Assembly (NCBI GenBank): GCA_037447605.1
Contig: CM074804.1
Coordinates: forward strand, 4,875,909 to 4,939,908
Length of the DNA stretch: 64,000 nucleotides
From: Zygnema circumcarinatum SAG 698-1b
Taxonomy: Eukaryota; Plantae; Zygnematophyceae
Direction: 5' to 3'
Shown in pieces: positions 25,029 through 37,942 of this stretch. The position numbers and the translations under genes are program-made. A model generated the notes under the pieces. It made no database searches. It had not been told where the DNA came from and saw only the letters and a program-made list of their open reading frames with translations. Numbering within the stretch: the first letter of the stretch is position 1; each line of letters opens with the position of its first letter.

Positions 25029-28000
25029 TCACATCCGTTGCCTCTTCGCAGGGGGTGGAGGCCCTCGCCCAGACGGACCCCCAGGCCGGACTGGAGTAGA
25101 CCCTGGCATCCTCCGCATTTGAATAGGGGGGCCGTTCCTGCTGCTTGGAGGAGGAGGTCCACTTCTACCGGTTGAAGGAGGGGTCCTCCCAGGCGGCATG
25201 GGCCTCCGAGGACCAACTCCACCAGCAGCTTTCTGCTTCCTTCTCCTGCGCTCATCTTCACTGTCTGACTCCCCTCCCAGTTCCCTGTCCTCTTTCTTCG
25301 CTTTCTCTTCCAATTCATCCCATGTCAAACCTTCCTCTTCTTCTTCTTCTGCATCCTCGTCTTCCTCCTCTTCCTCAGAATCGACCACGGACTCATCCTC
25401 CTCGGAATCCTCATCCGATTCAGATGCCTCTTCCACATCCGACGGTTCATATGCCTCTGATTCCTGAGAAGCTTCCTCACCAGAATCGGATCCTTCCAAG
25501 TTGAGAAACTCCCATCCTCCGGTTTCAAGAAAACTTTGTGGGTCGGACGTTATGCTTTGAAGAATGGGCTTCCACTGCAAGTTCAGTCTCGACTCGTAGT
25601 ACTTAATGTTCATCGAATTGAGCCACTCCTTAATGGAATCTAAACTCGTACTCGGAATCGCATCTATACTCATGACATCTCGCTTGAAATCTTTGAACAC
25701 AATCCGCATATCAAACGTTTTCTGTCCCAGCCCAATACGTTCCAGAGAGACTATCTCAACGTCACTAAGTGTTATCACTACAAACGGCTGTTCAATAAGC
25801 TCCACTAAGCAATTGACGGTTGGCACAATGAAAGCTGACGATTTGTGGGGCACTCCATGAAATCCCAGATCCCGGAAGGGAACATCAAACTCAAGGTCCA
25901 ATTGCTTGAAGTCCTTCTCCCACTGTTCTTGGACTCTCTTTGCAAACGTCTGGAAGTCTGAATTGATCTTGTTTCGGCGAGCTCTTTCCCGCTGCTCTTC
26001 CTCAATCTCATCAGGATCATAACCGGAGCGCCGAGGCCCCCCCACGGCCTGGTTTGCCTCAACGACCTCAGCAAAAAACTGCACATCTTTGGTCTTTTTT
26101 GTTCCCACCATAATTGGATTGTGAAGGTGCAGGTGTAAAAGGGTAATCATCTCATTCTCCGCGGGCTGGAAAAAAGCGTGCTTAATGTTGCGGTACATCA
26201 CATCCACTCGCTCATCTGCCTGCCAAGCCAGAAGGAAGGAGTCATGAGCAGGTTCAACCTTCAGAACATCTGCGAACTTCTAGTTAATTCCCACTCCCCT
26301 CTTCTCCAAAAGTAAGTTACGAGGTGGGGTCAAGAGCAGCACTACAAGGTGCTTAGTGGCAGGATGCAATCGCTTACCCTTGCTGTCTGGTAGCGAAATC
26401 CGTTGAAATGTGCTTCCAGTGTTCCTGTGAGCTTACGGCCCCGTCCTCCAAAATTGGGTCGAATCCACAAATCGCTCATCCTGAATGGTCGGCCCTTAGC
26501 CAGAATGAGGCGCTCTTGTGTGACAAGTGTTGCTCTCTCGGCCCTCTCCGACTCGCGTTGCTTGACTTGCCTGCCCATAGTTTTAATGAGCTGCACCACC
26601 TGCAATTCCTCTCCAATCCACGACAGATGCATCAGGCATAGCCTAATGGTCTAACATAAACAAGCAAATTGCTCTTCATCTGAAAGACAGTAACTTGCGA
26701 GTCTCCTCAAGATACCACTACCTCAATCTGAAAAGGTCCGAGCCAAATTACCTGATTTGAATGCCGTACATCAGTCGAGCGAAATGAGACTTCTTTTAAG
26801 TAAATGGAATCAGGAAACTTCTGCACCGGCAGGTCACTTCCTCCATAGCCTGCTCCAGGAACATTAAAGATAATGCGAATAAAGGAGTGCCCACCATCCT
26901 GTTGGCTTGAAGCATTCTTGATGGTCGAAATATGGAAAGGCACCATCAGCCCATAGATGGGCAGCAACACTGCCTCGTTCTTTTGGTCCACCTGCAGCCA
27001 CCAGCCAAAATTGCAGAACAACAATTAGCCAACAGAATTTTCAGACTAAACAGTACAAGGTTCCTTTCTTCCACATCTAGCAACAGCATATAGACCGACA
27101 TGCAGAAAGCCTTTCAAAATGAAAAATCATCCAAAGTGGAATGTGTCCACTTCAACCAAGTGAGAAACCACTGCAAAGCTATGGGCTTCATCACAAAGGA
27201 AGCACCTGGATCATAAGCTCTCGAGAAGTGGGGATATCATCGATATTTCGATAAGCGACAACGTCTCCAGTAGATCTTTTAGGTCCATCACCTCCGTCTT
27301 GCCCAAGACCTCCATCTTGCAGCCTACGTGCCGTCTCCTCCAGCTTCTTTTCTGCAAGTTCAGCTTGATGCTTTTTCCGTAGCTCCTCCTTCGTAGCTTC
27401 CTGCAGTCATTCTAGCGTGTGTACGTCAAAGAGCTGATTTCAATCAAGGTAGAGGCCAAAATGTCTTATGACGATGGAATTTACAGAGGAATGGTTAAAG
27501 AGTTAACTGAACTGTCGTATAGAAATATTCAACATTTTCTACAAGCCACAGCTTTACCTTGGAGTTTATAAAGGGAAAACAAACAAATATGCACTGTTAC
27601 TGTGATCTGGTACAGCAAATTCATGAAATGGATTCCGATGCCAACGGGCAAAAGGCACCAGAGAATAGAAGGAGAAGTCAAATTGATAGGTTGCCCGATT
27701 GTAGGAATACAAACATCATGACAGCGCATTCTGATAGGGATGCACGCAAGCATTTTCTAAGCCTCCAGCCTACCTGGGTCTCTGATCGCAGCTTGGCTTT
27801 GTGGATCTCATCAGGGATGTGGTGCACTTCCTTGACTGACGGTTTAATCTCTTCACTTTTGTCCGACTCTTCATCCTGCCACAGACATATTCCCCATAGC
27901 GGCATCAGAACCTTCATGTGCTGGTTTTCAAACTTACCAATAGCATCACCCACATGTAACCTTCAATAACACGAATCTTAGCCCAGTGGACCACTGAGTG

Positions 28001-30541
28001 CAGCGTCATTCACCTTCAAGGAGTATCCAACTTCGCTGTACGCCTTTGATGCTGCTGCTGTCGCTATTTCCGGCCTATCTGGCTTGACAATGACTGTGTC
28101 AGCAAGAAGGACAGCGTAGACTTGCGCTCTTGAGTCTTTCGCCTCCTGGTTGGTTAAACCTTGCAGTCCTAACACTACATTGAATGCCATGCCCGGCTTC
28201 ACTCTACGCTCGTTCTTCGCATTCAATGTCAATCCCGCTTCCCGAAACTCTGTGCGCACAGAAAAACAAATAAAGGGTAAATTCAACTTTTCTACAGATA
28301 TTCATAGCCCATCAAATACACGGCCTTATGATTCACTGCATGGCCGAACCTAGCTCTTATCCCAGAGTGCACGTAGATACTCTCTATAACTTAAAAGCCT
28401 TTCTAGATTCCTACAATATGTGTTCACAGCTATTTTGTTTAAGTACACTACAGGCTGTTGTATACAAGGTGCTTCTCAGTCTTTGATTATAGCTCGTAAG
28501 TCTTGCCTTCATTGAAAAATTTGACCTCATACTGATCAGAAATTTACGCTATCGGTTCAAAAACCAAATCTAAATCTTCTTTTCTTGCCACAAACACATA
28601 CATCGCCAACGCATATCGGTTTCAACAACCTAGTGGGCCACAAAATCTATAGAATAGAGCATACGGTAGAGACTCACCAATGCCGATTCCTGTGCCAGCG
28701 TTTCTGGTAAGGTTTCCAACAAATTCCGGTCCCTCCCGTTCCATGACTGCAAGGGCGGCCTTGTACACAGCAGATAAATGGTTGCCTGGTTTCAAGGCGG
28801 CAATAGCTGCATCATGGGCTTTTAGAAGTGCCTTATAGGCCTTCTCCTGCTCCTTGCTGGCACCTATAAGGTACGAGCGAGCGATGTTGGAGCAATATGA
28901 AGCATATCGTGCTCCTAAAGCACAGATAATGACACCCATCTGATTGTAGAACAAAGGCTCATCATTACTTGCTGCACTAGCTTTAAGGTCAAACGTTCCT
29001 CCACTCTGAAGAAGATCGAGGAAGAAACAACCAAGCACAAAATAAGTAGGTTAATAATGTAAGTGAATCGGAAGAGTGAGCCTAAGAAGATGAGCAACAA
29101 GATACGAGACGGGGAAGAGCATAGTAGAATGAGGATTTTGACGTTTTACAAGATAACAAACATATTTCGGTCAAGTAAATTCAATTATTACTGGAAGCCC
29201 TACTTGTAGAGCCAAACTAACGATAAAATGCAAAAAAAACAAGTTTGCGAGTAACCTTAAATCATCATACCTGAAAAACAGGAGGATAGCAAATGTCACA
29301 ATTCTCGGCCTTCAGCTTAACCTTAACCTTTGTAGGCTCTGTTATAACTTCTTCTGTGCTTTCCATCAATTCTGAATGTGTCATTTGCTGCTCCTCATCA
29401 ATAACTGTCTCAACCTTCGGGACGACATAGTTCTGCAACCATCAATGACAGAAATTTGCGTATCCGGGCATCAAAGGATAGTTAGAGCCAGGTTATATCC
29501 AACTAGAATGAACAGTTGGCAGAGAAGAACGGGCTTTCAAGAATAATGTCGACATTTCCTGAATTTAAAAAACGAATTGAACGAAACTTGACCTTTAGAT
29601 AGAAATGAATTTTGAGTCCCAGTAAAATGCAAATGGTTTAGAGAAACCTAGCTAAACCCAACGATAGTGTCTATAGACTTGATGAGCCTTACTTCAAAAA
29701 ACAATATTAAGTGCAAACACTTGAAGGGAGTGCATACAGGAGATTGTCGGTTCAGCAGTCGCCAATGCTCAATAAGCAAGATGCAATAATAGACAGTTGA
29801 GCTGGTACGATAAAAACAAATCATGGTGTCCACATTGTAAGTGAAACTCCCTCCATGAATGCGAACTTTACATAGTGTTTATGGAAGCAGGAAATGAGGG
29901 GCTCAACGACAAACCTTCAAAACCGAGGCACTAAGAAATGCTGCTTTCTTGATGTTGGTTATCTCTGAATCGTCCTTCACAGCAAAAAGATCGGAGAAAC
30001 CATTGGACACATCCACCTTTTCCAGGCTTGCCGACTCCAAAAGCTCCTCCCACTTCAGCATCAAGGGTCCCTCTGCTTGCTCCTTTGCCAACACTCCAAG
30101 CCGCGGAGATGCCTTTCGTGCTGCATCGAACAGCTTCTCTATCTGCACGCTACCATCTTCTTTTTTGTCCTTCGAGTAAACAATCATCTCCACCCCCGTG
30201 AGACCCTTGCAAGTCTTACGAACCTCCTCCAAATGTGCGGCCTTCTTCTGCGAGCATATCACATGGCAGAACTTTCCTGAGTCACCACGAGTGAAGAGCA
30301 TAATGGTCTCCGGAAATTCGTAACTGAGAAGCCATATCTGCAGAGCAGATGACTTCAAATATCTGAGATCTTCGCTTGATGGAGGTGTGGCTATGGCAAT
30401 TGCGTTCACTCCTCCCCAGGATTCTTCAAGCCCGTCCCTCCATGTGTTGTACAACAGCTTCAGCCGCCTCCCAAAAGTCTCTAGGTCAATCTGCAAGCCG
30501 CCTCCAGCAGGCTTTGCCTCTCCGTTTCGCTGCTCCGCCAT
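25029..30541 (-). CDS. SPT16: FACT complex subunit SPT16, 9 exons
   Basis: Exons 30541-29915, 29432-29271, 29005-28678, 28249-28014, 27875-27774, 27400-27206, 26991-26752, 26599-26378, 26219-25029. Motifs SSALQIWLLSYEFPETI, LGARYASYCSNIARS, LPIYGLMVPFHISTIKN, GTLEAHFNGFRY, SAFIVPTVNCLVELIEQPF, FLETGGWEFL and an acidic C-terminal tail. Confidence 0.96.
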
Positions 30542-30943
30542 GGCTACCGGGACGAGCTCCCGGGCAACCGGTTACAACTTGGAAAAGAGAAATTTCCCCG
30601 CCTTCTTACCGTATAACCTCCTAGTTATGCCGTGCAGAGCTGGAAAGCGAGAATTGATGGCGCGCGAGAGAAGAGAGAGCAGGAGCGGAGGGAGACGCGG
30701 TCCGCAGCCTGCTCGCGCCTCCCGCCTCGCCTCCGCGCGGCCTCCTCCCTCCCTCTCTCTCTCGCTCGCGTCACTGACTGACCGACTTGACTGACTGCTC
30801 GTCCGCGGCAGAGGGCGGGCGGAGGCCGTACCGAACATATCGCCCCGCGTGCAAGACGATACGTATCGTATCGACTAAGCTCGGGACGGAACGTCGTGGC
30901 GATACGCGACCGAAGTTTTGGTCCCCTTTTACTTTTCTTGTCA

Positions 30944-31005
30944 TTTAGGGCTTTTAGGGTTTTCTGGGTTTTAGAGTTTTTAGGGGGTTTTAGGGTTTTT
31001 AGAGG
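30944..31005. repeat. Degenerate telomere-like (TTTTAGGG/TTTAGGG) array, a telo-box cluster upstream of SPT16
   Basis: About seven degenerate units: tttagggc ttttagggt tttctgggt tttagagt ttttaggggg ttttagggt ttttagagg. Reads AAACCCTA-like on the SPT16 sense strand. Confidence 0.7.
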
Positions 31006-31479
31006 TCTCCCTGGGCTTCCCTGAATGCGTGAAAGGGATGTGAGGCGTCGGGAAGGCGTGAGTTTGAGGAGGAGGAGGCAGGGCGAATGGAGTGAAGTGA
31101 AACCACAGCGGGGAAAAGACTCGAACAAAGGCCAAGAAGGAAGTGGAGCTGAAAGAACAATTTGAGCAATTAAGAGAGAGCCGAATAGTAGTCCCTATAA
31201 TGATCATCAGCTTTTACAACCGAAGGCCATTAAATCTGCTGCTACAAAGGACCACATCCGTAAGCCTATGTAATGCTGACACAAACGGTAAGGCTATGTG
31301 CTGCCGACACAAATGGTAAGGTACACTGCTAACACATACAAAAGAATTGTAAGAAATAACTCCTTTTTATTCTACAAACGCATTAATATATCCAAATATT
31401 TGGCAAAATAGACGTACAACTTTTTTAAAATTACAATCGCACGACGAGTGTAAGACTGACTGCACAGCAATAAAGGGCG

Positions 31480-34400
31480 TCACTGTGTGGCTGTCGGCAT
31501 GTCCGGTCCATGCCCTTCGTGAGGTAACGCATGGAGTATGGGCGCCTCCTCATCCCCACCAACCTTGACTACTACTAAGGGTGGTGCCTCCTCTGTCAAT
31601 ACGTGGCCCTGCCATGCAAATCATACCCCGACCAACATACATGTCAGCTTCTCACTCGCAGCATGCAGACATGGAGCATCTCTTCCCTCATAGGGTGTTG
31701 TGTTGCTGGGGATGAGGAGAAGGGAAATCGGGTGAAGATGAGAAAGGGAGGAGGTAGGAGCAGGCTAGAAAAGAAGCTGGAGAAACGGAGTGGGAGGGGG
31801 GCGAGGAAAAGTTGAAGAAAAGGAGAGAACACGTGTGCTATGCCCTGCTTGTAAAGGAAAAGAAACCTACCTTTGTTTCCTTAGGGAAAAACGCCGAAGC
31901 AATGGCTGCAGCTACCGGAACGCCTGCAAATAGGAAAATTGCCATCGCCTGGCAAGCACAAGGGGGAAATGAGTTACACTCATTGCCGACGGCACAAAGC
32001 AAAGAGTAGATAACCATTCTACCAAAAAAGGTCAGTTACCAACAAACAAGGGAGGCAAAACCTAATCTGAACCCTCCGTCGAGAACTAGAGAAGATATTT
32101 CCAATCGCATTCTTGAGAGCAATTGATCACTATCCTCTTGACGGCAACCTCCCCATCCTGCAGCCCACTAGAGCCGACAAAGCGTGCGTGATGAGTCAGA
32201 CAACCGTACCCTATGACAGTTGGCAACAAGGCCGATTGCCACAAAAGGACACACAACGCCGCCAAGCCGGCTCCATGCATTCCCCACTCCCACTCCCGTG
32301 GTCCTCACATCCGTCGGATACAGCTCCGGCGCTAAGGCCCATATGATTGCAAATGACCCCATGATACATGCTCGAGCTCCGAACAATAGGGTTGTTGATA
32401 TGATGCTCGACAGTGTAGCCCATAAAGGAACCAAGAATAAGCCTGAGAGCAGTAGGAGAAGCATCAAAGCTCGCTTTCGACCGAGCCTATCTACGATCAG
32501 GAGAGCAGCAATAAGCCCGGGAAGCTCAGCACATGAAGTAATGAGTACATCCAGATAAGTCGAATCTGCAATATTCGGGGTCCCATCTTCTCCACATTGC
32601 CCATTGACGCTTGCAAGGTGTCTTCCAGCAAGACGGAGGTCATACAACGCCGAAGATTCTGTTGCAAAGTTAGTAGCTGCTTTTTCCAACTGCTGGTATT
32701 CATATCTCGTATTTGTCTCGTTATCTATCCGAGATAATTTGTTGCCTGTGTTGAATATGAGGTGTAAACCATCAAAATAATGATGCATCTCAAGAAGGCT
32801 TCGCCCTTCAACCGGATTTGTTGTGTTCTTGGGTTGACATTTAGCATCAGATCCATCGCCCGCGACTGCCAGTTGTGTTGTCAACAAGACCTGGCCATAA
32901 TATGCGAAAGCGCACGCAAAGAACACTGTCCATAGCACAAGACTTGATCGGAGCAAGTCTCCAGACACCAGTTTTGACAGCTTCCCCCAGGCCCCGCTTC
33001 TCTTCAGATGGACAGCTCTGCCTGTTTGTATTAAACTTTTGGAAATCTTGGGATTGATATCTCGGCGAGCTGTTCCACAAAACAACAACAAGAAAAAACT
33101 CTCACCGACCTTGATAATTTCAATGCCGAAGGTAGCCGTAACAAGGCGTAGCATAGGCAGCAGAATAAGGCTCAGAAAAAGAAATATCTCTAGCGAAAAG
33201 GGGCTCACTCTCCTTTGGTTTCCGGTCTATGACAGTTTCAATTGCAAAGGACTTGGCACAAAAGCCCACATTCATGGTCCAAAGGGCAGCAGACGGAGGG
33301 ATAGAAGTGCGTACTCTCAGTAGAGGATGAAGGGAGCGCTTGATTTGGCATCCCTGGAGATGTGGAGAGCACAAGCCGGCCTTCAGGAAGACTTTTTCCG
33401 TTCACTCTTGCAACTCTTTTCAGAACCTCTTCTGCCCCTCTTCTGTCTCCCTTCACCTGGCCATCACACACAAAAAAACAACACGTGACATCCAGTTAAA
33501 GGGCAAACATAGACTAAGAAACAGACTAAACCAGCTTTGCATGCATAGGTTGCCCCATTCCGTCCATCAAATGGCATAGCATATAGGATATTGTTTGCAC
33601 CGGGATTATCTTTTACAGCAGCTCCTTGCGCTTACCAGGAGGTAACGAGGTGATTCCGAAAGAAGAGGATAGAACATCAGAAGTCCCAAAAAGGGGAAAG
33701 CTGAAATAAGCACCAACCACCTGTGAAGGCAATAGAAAAGGGCAGCAAATTAAGTACAGCACATGCATAGTGTTCTCCCATAACAATGTCGTTATACCAA
33801 CGTCAATGCACTTATTGCCGTGAGCACTATTAAGGATCTAGTAAAAATGATGGTTTTGCGTAGCTTACCGCCAATGCAGATTAGGCATCACAGCCCATGC
33901 CAGGACTGCCTCCAGAACAGCACCGACCTGCACATCGCCGAGTGATAGTCAACCTTCTCCTACAGAAGTTTTATGGTTTGTCAGCATTGCAATACATTAT
34001 GCATATGATTTTATGAATTGAAAACTCGACATATGCTGTTTCATTCATGAAACAAAGCACTACAGCAGGAAGTATCAGGCTGAAGCACGCTCCCAAAAAG
34101 GAAGATTAAGGTTCTAGGGGAAAGGTTCCGAGGGGACTCACTGTCCAAAAGAACTCGATGAAGACAAGCCAGAAGCCACGGCTTGACGACGGGAGAAACT
34201 CTGAAAAGAGGGACAAGATAACCTGTAAAAGGAACACAACGAGAGTTCAGAAAAAAACATACGAAGAATGAATTTCCTTTTTCTGCTCAAACGATTCTGA
34301 AGAAGCGTTACATAGATCGTGAAACATACAACACAGAGTGCGTACAAGATGGAGGAGGTTGTTATGAAGTTGGAATTCTTGAAACGTATCCAGCGTGTAA

Positions 34401-36709
34401 CAACAACTCATCAAATGACTAGAAGTCAAGGACGACGTTCTATTTCTCGTTGTGATTCTGAAGCTAAATTCCCTTTCTGTTATTTAACTCGCATGTCTTA
34501 TGACACAATAGGTTACAGAAACAGAATAAGGACATATAACCTACAGGTGCTCCGCCTAAGCCAAATCCCACGAGCATACGAAATAGAAGTAGCATCCAAT
34601 AATATGGAGCCCATGCACTGCCACAGCCAATCACAAATCGTTTCACAGTAAATAATTGTCGCCATGTACCAAGCTCACTAGTTTGTGATTTGCATGCAGG
34701 AAAAGAGTAAAAAACCTCCCTTAGGTTAAGACATCCTTTCAGTAACACCTACAGAATAGAAAACTGAAACTTGCTCAAATTGCAAAGTGAAGGAAACAGT
34801 GTCAGAAGTAATTTCACCCTTTCATGGTGGTCTCCATTTTCTAGCGGAGGAATACTCCCACCTGAGTAGGCCAAAAAAGAACGTGAAGGCAGCGGTTATG
34901 AAGTATCCCAGCCGACGGCCATTTAAATCAGAAATGATGCCCCATAAATAGGCCCCTCTGCAAAAAGTCCGTGACAGAAAATGACATGGAGGTAAGTACA
35001 TCAAAAGTCAGAAGCATGCCAGCAACTACGAAAGGAGTTCCTATAATCTTGATGAAGGAGAATAAAACCAATTCCAGAACTTCGATTGCAATTTTTTGTA
35101 CAAAATTTAAGACAGAAGCAGATTGAACAACCAAGAAACAACTCAATTTCACGACAAATTGGGAGCGGACGGAAAGGACCGTGAAGCATTACTGTCAGAG
35201 AACGGCAGGGCTCACATAAAGACGCCAAGAAACACTGCGCTTGATAGGAGTCCCTCCTGGCGGCCTGTCAGCCCCCATTCGCATCGTGCCTGCAAACACT
35301 CAATTTTTTTTTTCAGGGTTTCAGACCTGGTGAACGATCTATAGGAGCCAAGGGGTTCATGGAATTAAAGATACCCATCTCATGCGTATCTGCATATCTC
35401 TGTTTGAGGTTACAAAAATACCGTACTGAGGAGCATGCCTGAATAAAAGCTTCAAATGTAAAAGAAACTGCTCACTCTAAGTTTGCCACACAGTATTCAA
35501 AAACCAAAAGGGAGTCAGAAACTGACCGCTGGACCAACGTAGGACAACAGAATCATCTCCATTGCATCCGCTAGCCAGGACAGGCCCGTGTATGCCAACA
35601 AGCCTGCTTGAAATTTTCCAAATCCTGAACAGAATTCCGAGGCACAAATAGCATCAGTTCTTCAGTTCATCAATTCTGTCAAGTTCGGGTGCCGGGGCAG
35701 ATTACTGCCGGCAGGCTTTACATAAAGTTCTCGACTGTTGATTCGAACTGTATTTGTGAAATTAAAGAATGACCAATCCGGAAAGTTCGGCAAATAGCAC
35801 AACAAACAGTGAAATCAATGGATCATTAGTCCTCAAATATACTGGATCCAGAACTAGACAAGCTGTCACCAGAGGATGTTTTTGTAGCAAAAAACGTTCT
35901 TCCATTCGAGTTTCTCCCCACTCACCAAGATGCTCGATCGCATCTTCAATTGAATAGGACTCTTCCACTGACTCCTTTGAATTTTCGGCAAGTCTTCTGC
36001 TCGCCACCTGCACCACGTCGGTCCCATCCTAAGCAAAATGTCAGAATATCCGGCATCCAGAAAAGACACCTCTATATGTAATTAGTGTGATTAGTGCCAT
36101 ACTGACATATTAACGGAGTCTCGACTTGAGAAACAAAGCATTCTCTATCTCAAAAATGAACAACTTCGCCAAACGTTTGTCAAATCTTGAGGCAAACAAC
36201 CGAACAAAGACGTTGAAGAGTCACGCTCTGCGGCGAAGTAGAGTTAGACATTGGACGGACGTTGCGACATTTGAGGGACCAGGGACATCTAACATGAAAG
36301 TTGTCAAGCGTTTCTTCCCCCCCAAGGCTGTTGCCACGAGACAGCAACCGAAAACCTAAGTAGAGAGACACTCTTCTAGCCTTATTTAGAGACTCAAAAT
36401 CTCAAACAGCCGCATTTCAAATCTACTCCACTGCGGTACCCTCAAAAGACCTCAAACGCCTTCAAATTCTAAAATCGGACAATAAAGTCAGAAAAGGGAC
36501 AACAATGCTGAAACTGAGCAGGCATATGCAGAACGGCCGCGTGGCAGACGTTCCGCCAGTATGGCAACCGGGCGGGGATAGGGGGCATTCTGCATAGCAA
36601 CACGTACAGACGATGGCAGAAGCTGCGCGGCCATGGCGTCCTCCTCCATGGAGCCGCCCGCAGCCTCTCCGCCGCCAGACCTCGTCCCCATCTCTACGAA
36701 CGCGCTCAT
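31480..36709 (-). CDS. MFS transporter, SVOP/organic cation-carnitine transporter 7 (OCT7/NiaP)-like
   Basis: Exons approx. 36709-36608, 36028-35926, 35624-35527, 35289-35216, 34957-34862, 34617-34545, 34222-34142, 33927-33869, 33720-33636, 33456-33315, 33069-32210, 31948-31871, 31608-31480. Motifs [79 protein letters not shown]. First and last exons are less certain. Confidence 0.9.
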
Positions 36710-36765
36710 CCCCTCTCCCTCACATGGCCGACATGGCCGCGCGTGCGACGGAGGCTAAAGATCGC

Positions 36766-37348
36766 GCCACGTGGCGGCGTGCCAGAGACGCGAGCTGGAA
36801 AGTGCGAGTGTCCATATCGTCCGTACGATCCGGTCCCCCGACCGCGGGCCGACGGGAAATTTCCGTCAGTTGCGGCCGCCCGGGCCCGCCCGCCCGCCTG
36901 CGATGCCACGTGGTGGCCTCTGGTTGGTGCCTTGTTGGTGCCCTTTTGTTTTTTGCGTCGGGGCGGGCGCTGGGCGGGGCAGGGCTCGGGGTCGTCCTCG
37001 CGGGCCGAAGCCAAGCCTGGCGGACCCCGCCCGCGAGAGCGCGGTCGCATGGCATGGCATGGCATGGCATGGCATGGCATGGCTCACTTTCGTCGCGCGC
37101 CGGAGCTGCAAACTGAGGCGGAGGGTGTGCAACTTGCGAGCCGAAGTTTTCCAACCGGCTGCAACTGCTGAACTTGAACCATTCGCACTGGCGATCCGGT
37201 TGGAAGGCGGAAATGAGAAGCCGGAGCGCCAACGAGATGGCGGTACTTGAATACCTTGCAAAACAACCAATGGTAGAGCGTTTCAGGCTGCCCGAAAAAC
37301 ATTTTGATTGCCCAACATTATGGCGCGGATGTGGTATGCCACGTGGCA
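36766..37348. promoter_or_regulatory. Three G-box/ABRE-type palindromes upstream of the OCT7-like gene
   Basis: GCCACGTGGC at 36766-36775, GCCACGTGGT at 36905-36914, TGCCACGTGGCA at 37337-37348. A GCCGAC (DRE/CRT core) lies near 36727. Function is inferred. Confidence 0.55.
37047..37083. repeat. (GCATG)7 pentanucleotide microsatellite
   Basis: Directly visible; produces the spurious WHGMA/CHAMP ORFs. Confidence 0.95.
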
Positions 37349-37402
37349 CCCTTAGTTGGTAACTTAGATTTCGATAGTCTGCCCCGTTTTCCTAGTCGGG
37401 TA

Positions 37403-37787
37403 TAGGGATGGATTAGTTACGACTATATAATATATATTATATTATACAACTGTGACGACTAGATAACGGCTGATATATATTAATTTACAACGCCTTTACA
37501 ACATGTACGGTCGTACGGTCGTACGATTGTACGGTATTATGCGGCCCGAGCACGAGCAGACAGAGAAAACCAGACGAACGCATTTCGCAACGCCAACGCC
37601 AAAACGACCTAATTTTGGTATGGTACGACCATACGACCGTACGAGTACGGTCGTACGGTCGTTAATTGGTGAAAGCGAGTGGGTATAATATCTGTAATAA
37701 AGTGTTTTACTTTGTAATATATTACTAATTTTAAACCCGTTGTAAATTATATAATATATTCGGAATTTATAACGCGGGCCATCCCTA
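37403..37787. mobile_element. Non-autonomous hAT element (MITE, 385 bp) between the OCT7-like promoter and the PP2C 3' end
   Basis: Ends TAGGGATGG ... CCATCCCTA (9-bp TIR). Identical 8-bp TSD GTCGGGTA at 37395-37402 and 37788-37795. Same TIR as the 14861-15462 element. Confidence 0.9.
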
Positions 37788-37942
37788 GTCGGGTAGCGAA
37801 GGAGAGTGCCGAAATTCGTCCTCCGTCTCCACCCGTGCAACATGACATCAGCAAAGTTGAACCTTGTCAGCAAAAGTTGAAGAAGCTGAAGAGAGTTGGA
37901 CCAGGCACCACCGTACCGTACGGCACGTCCCCCGCTGACCCC

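Noticed and set aside
37129-37205. 10-bp inverted repeat TTCCAACCGG/CCGGTTGGAA as a structured RNA or MITE
   Set aside because: Pairing does not extend in either direction and there is no TSD.
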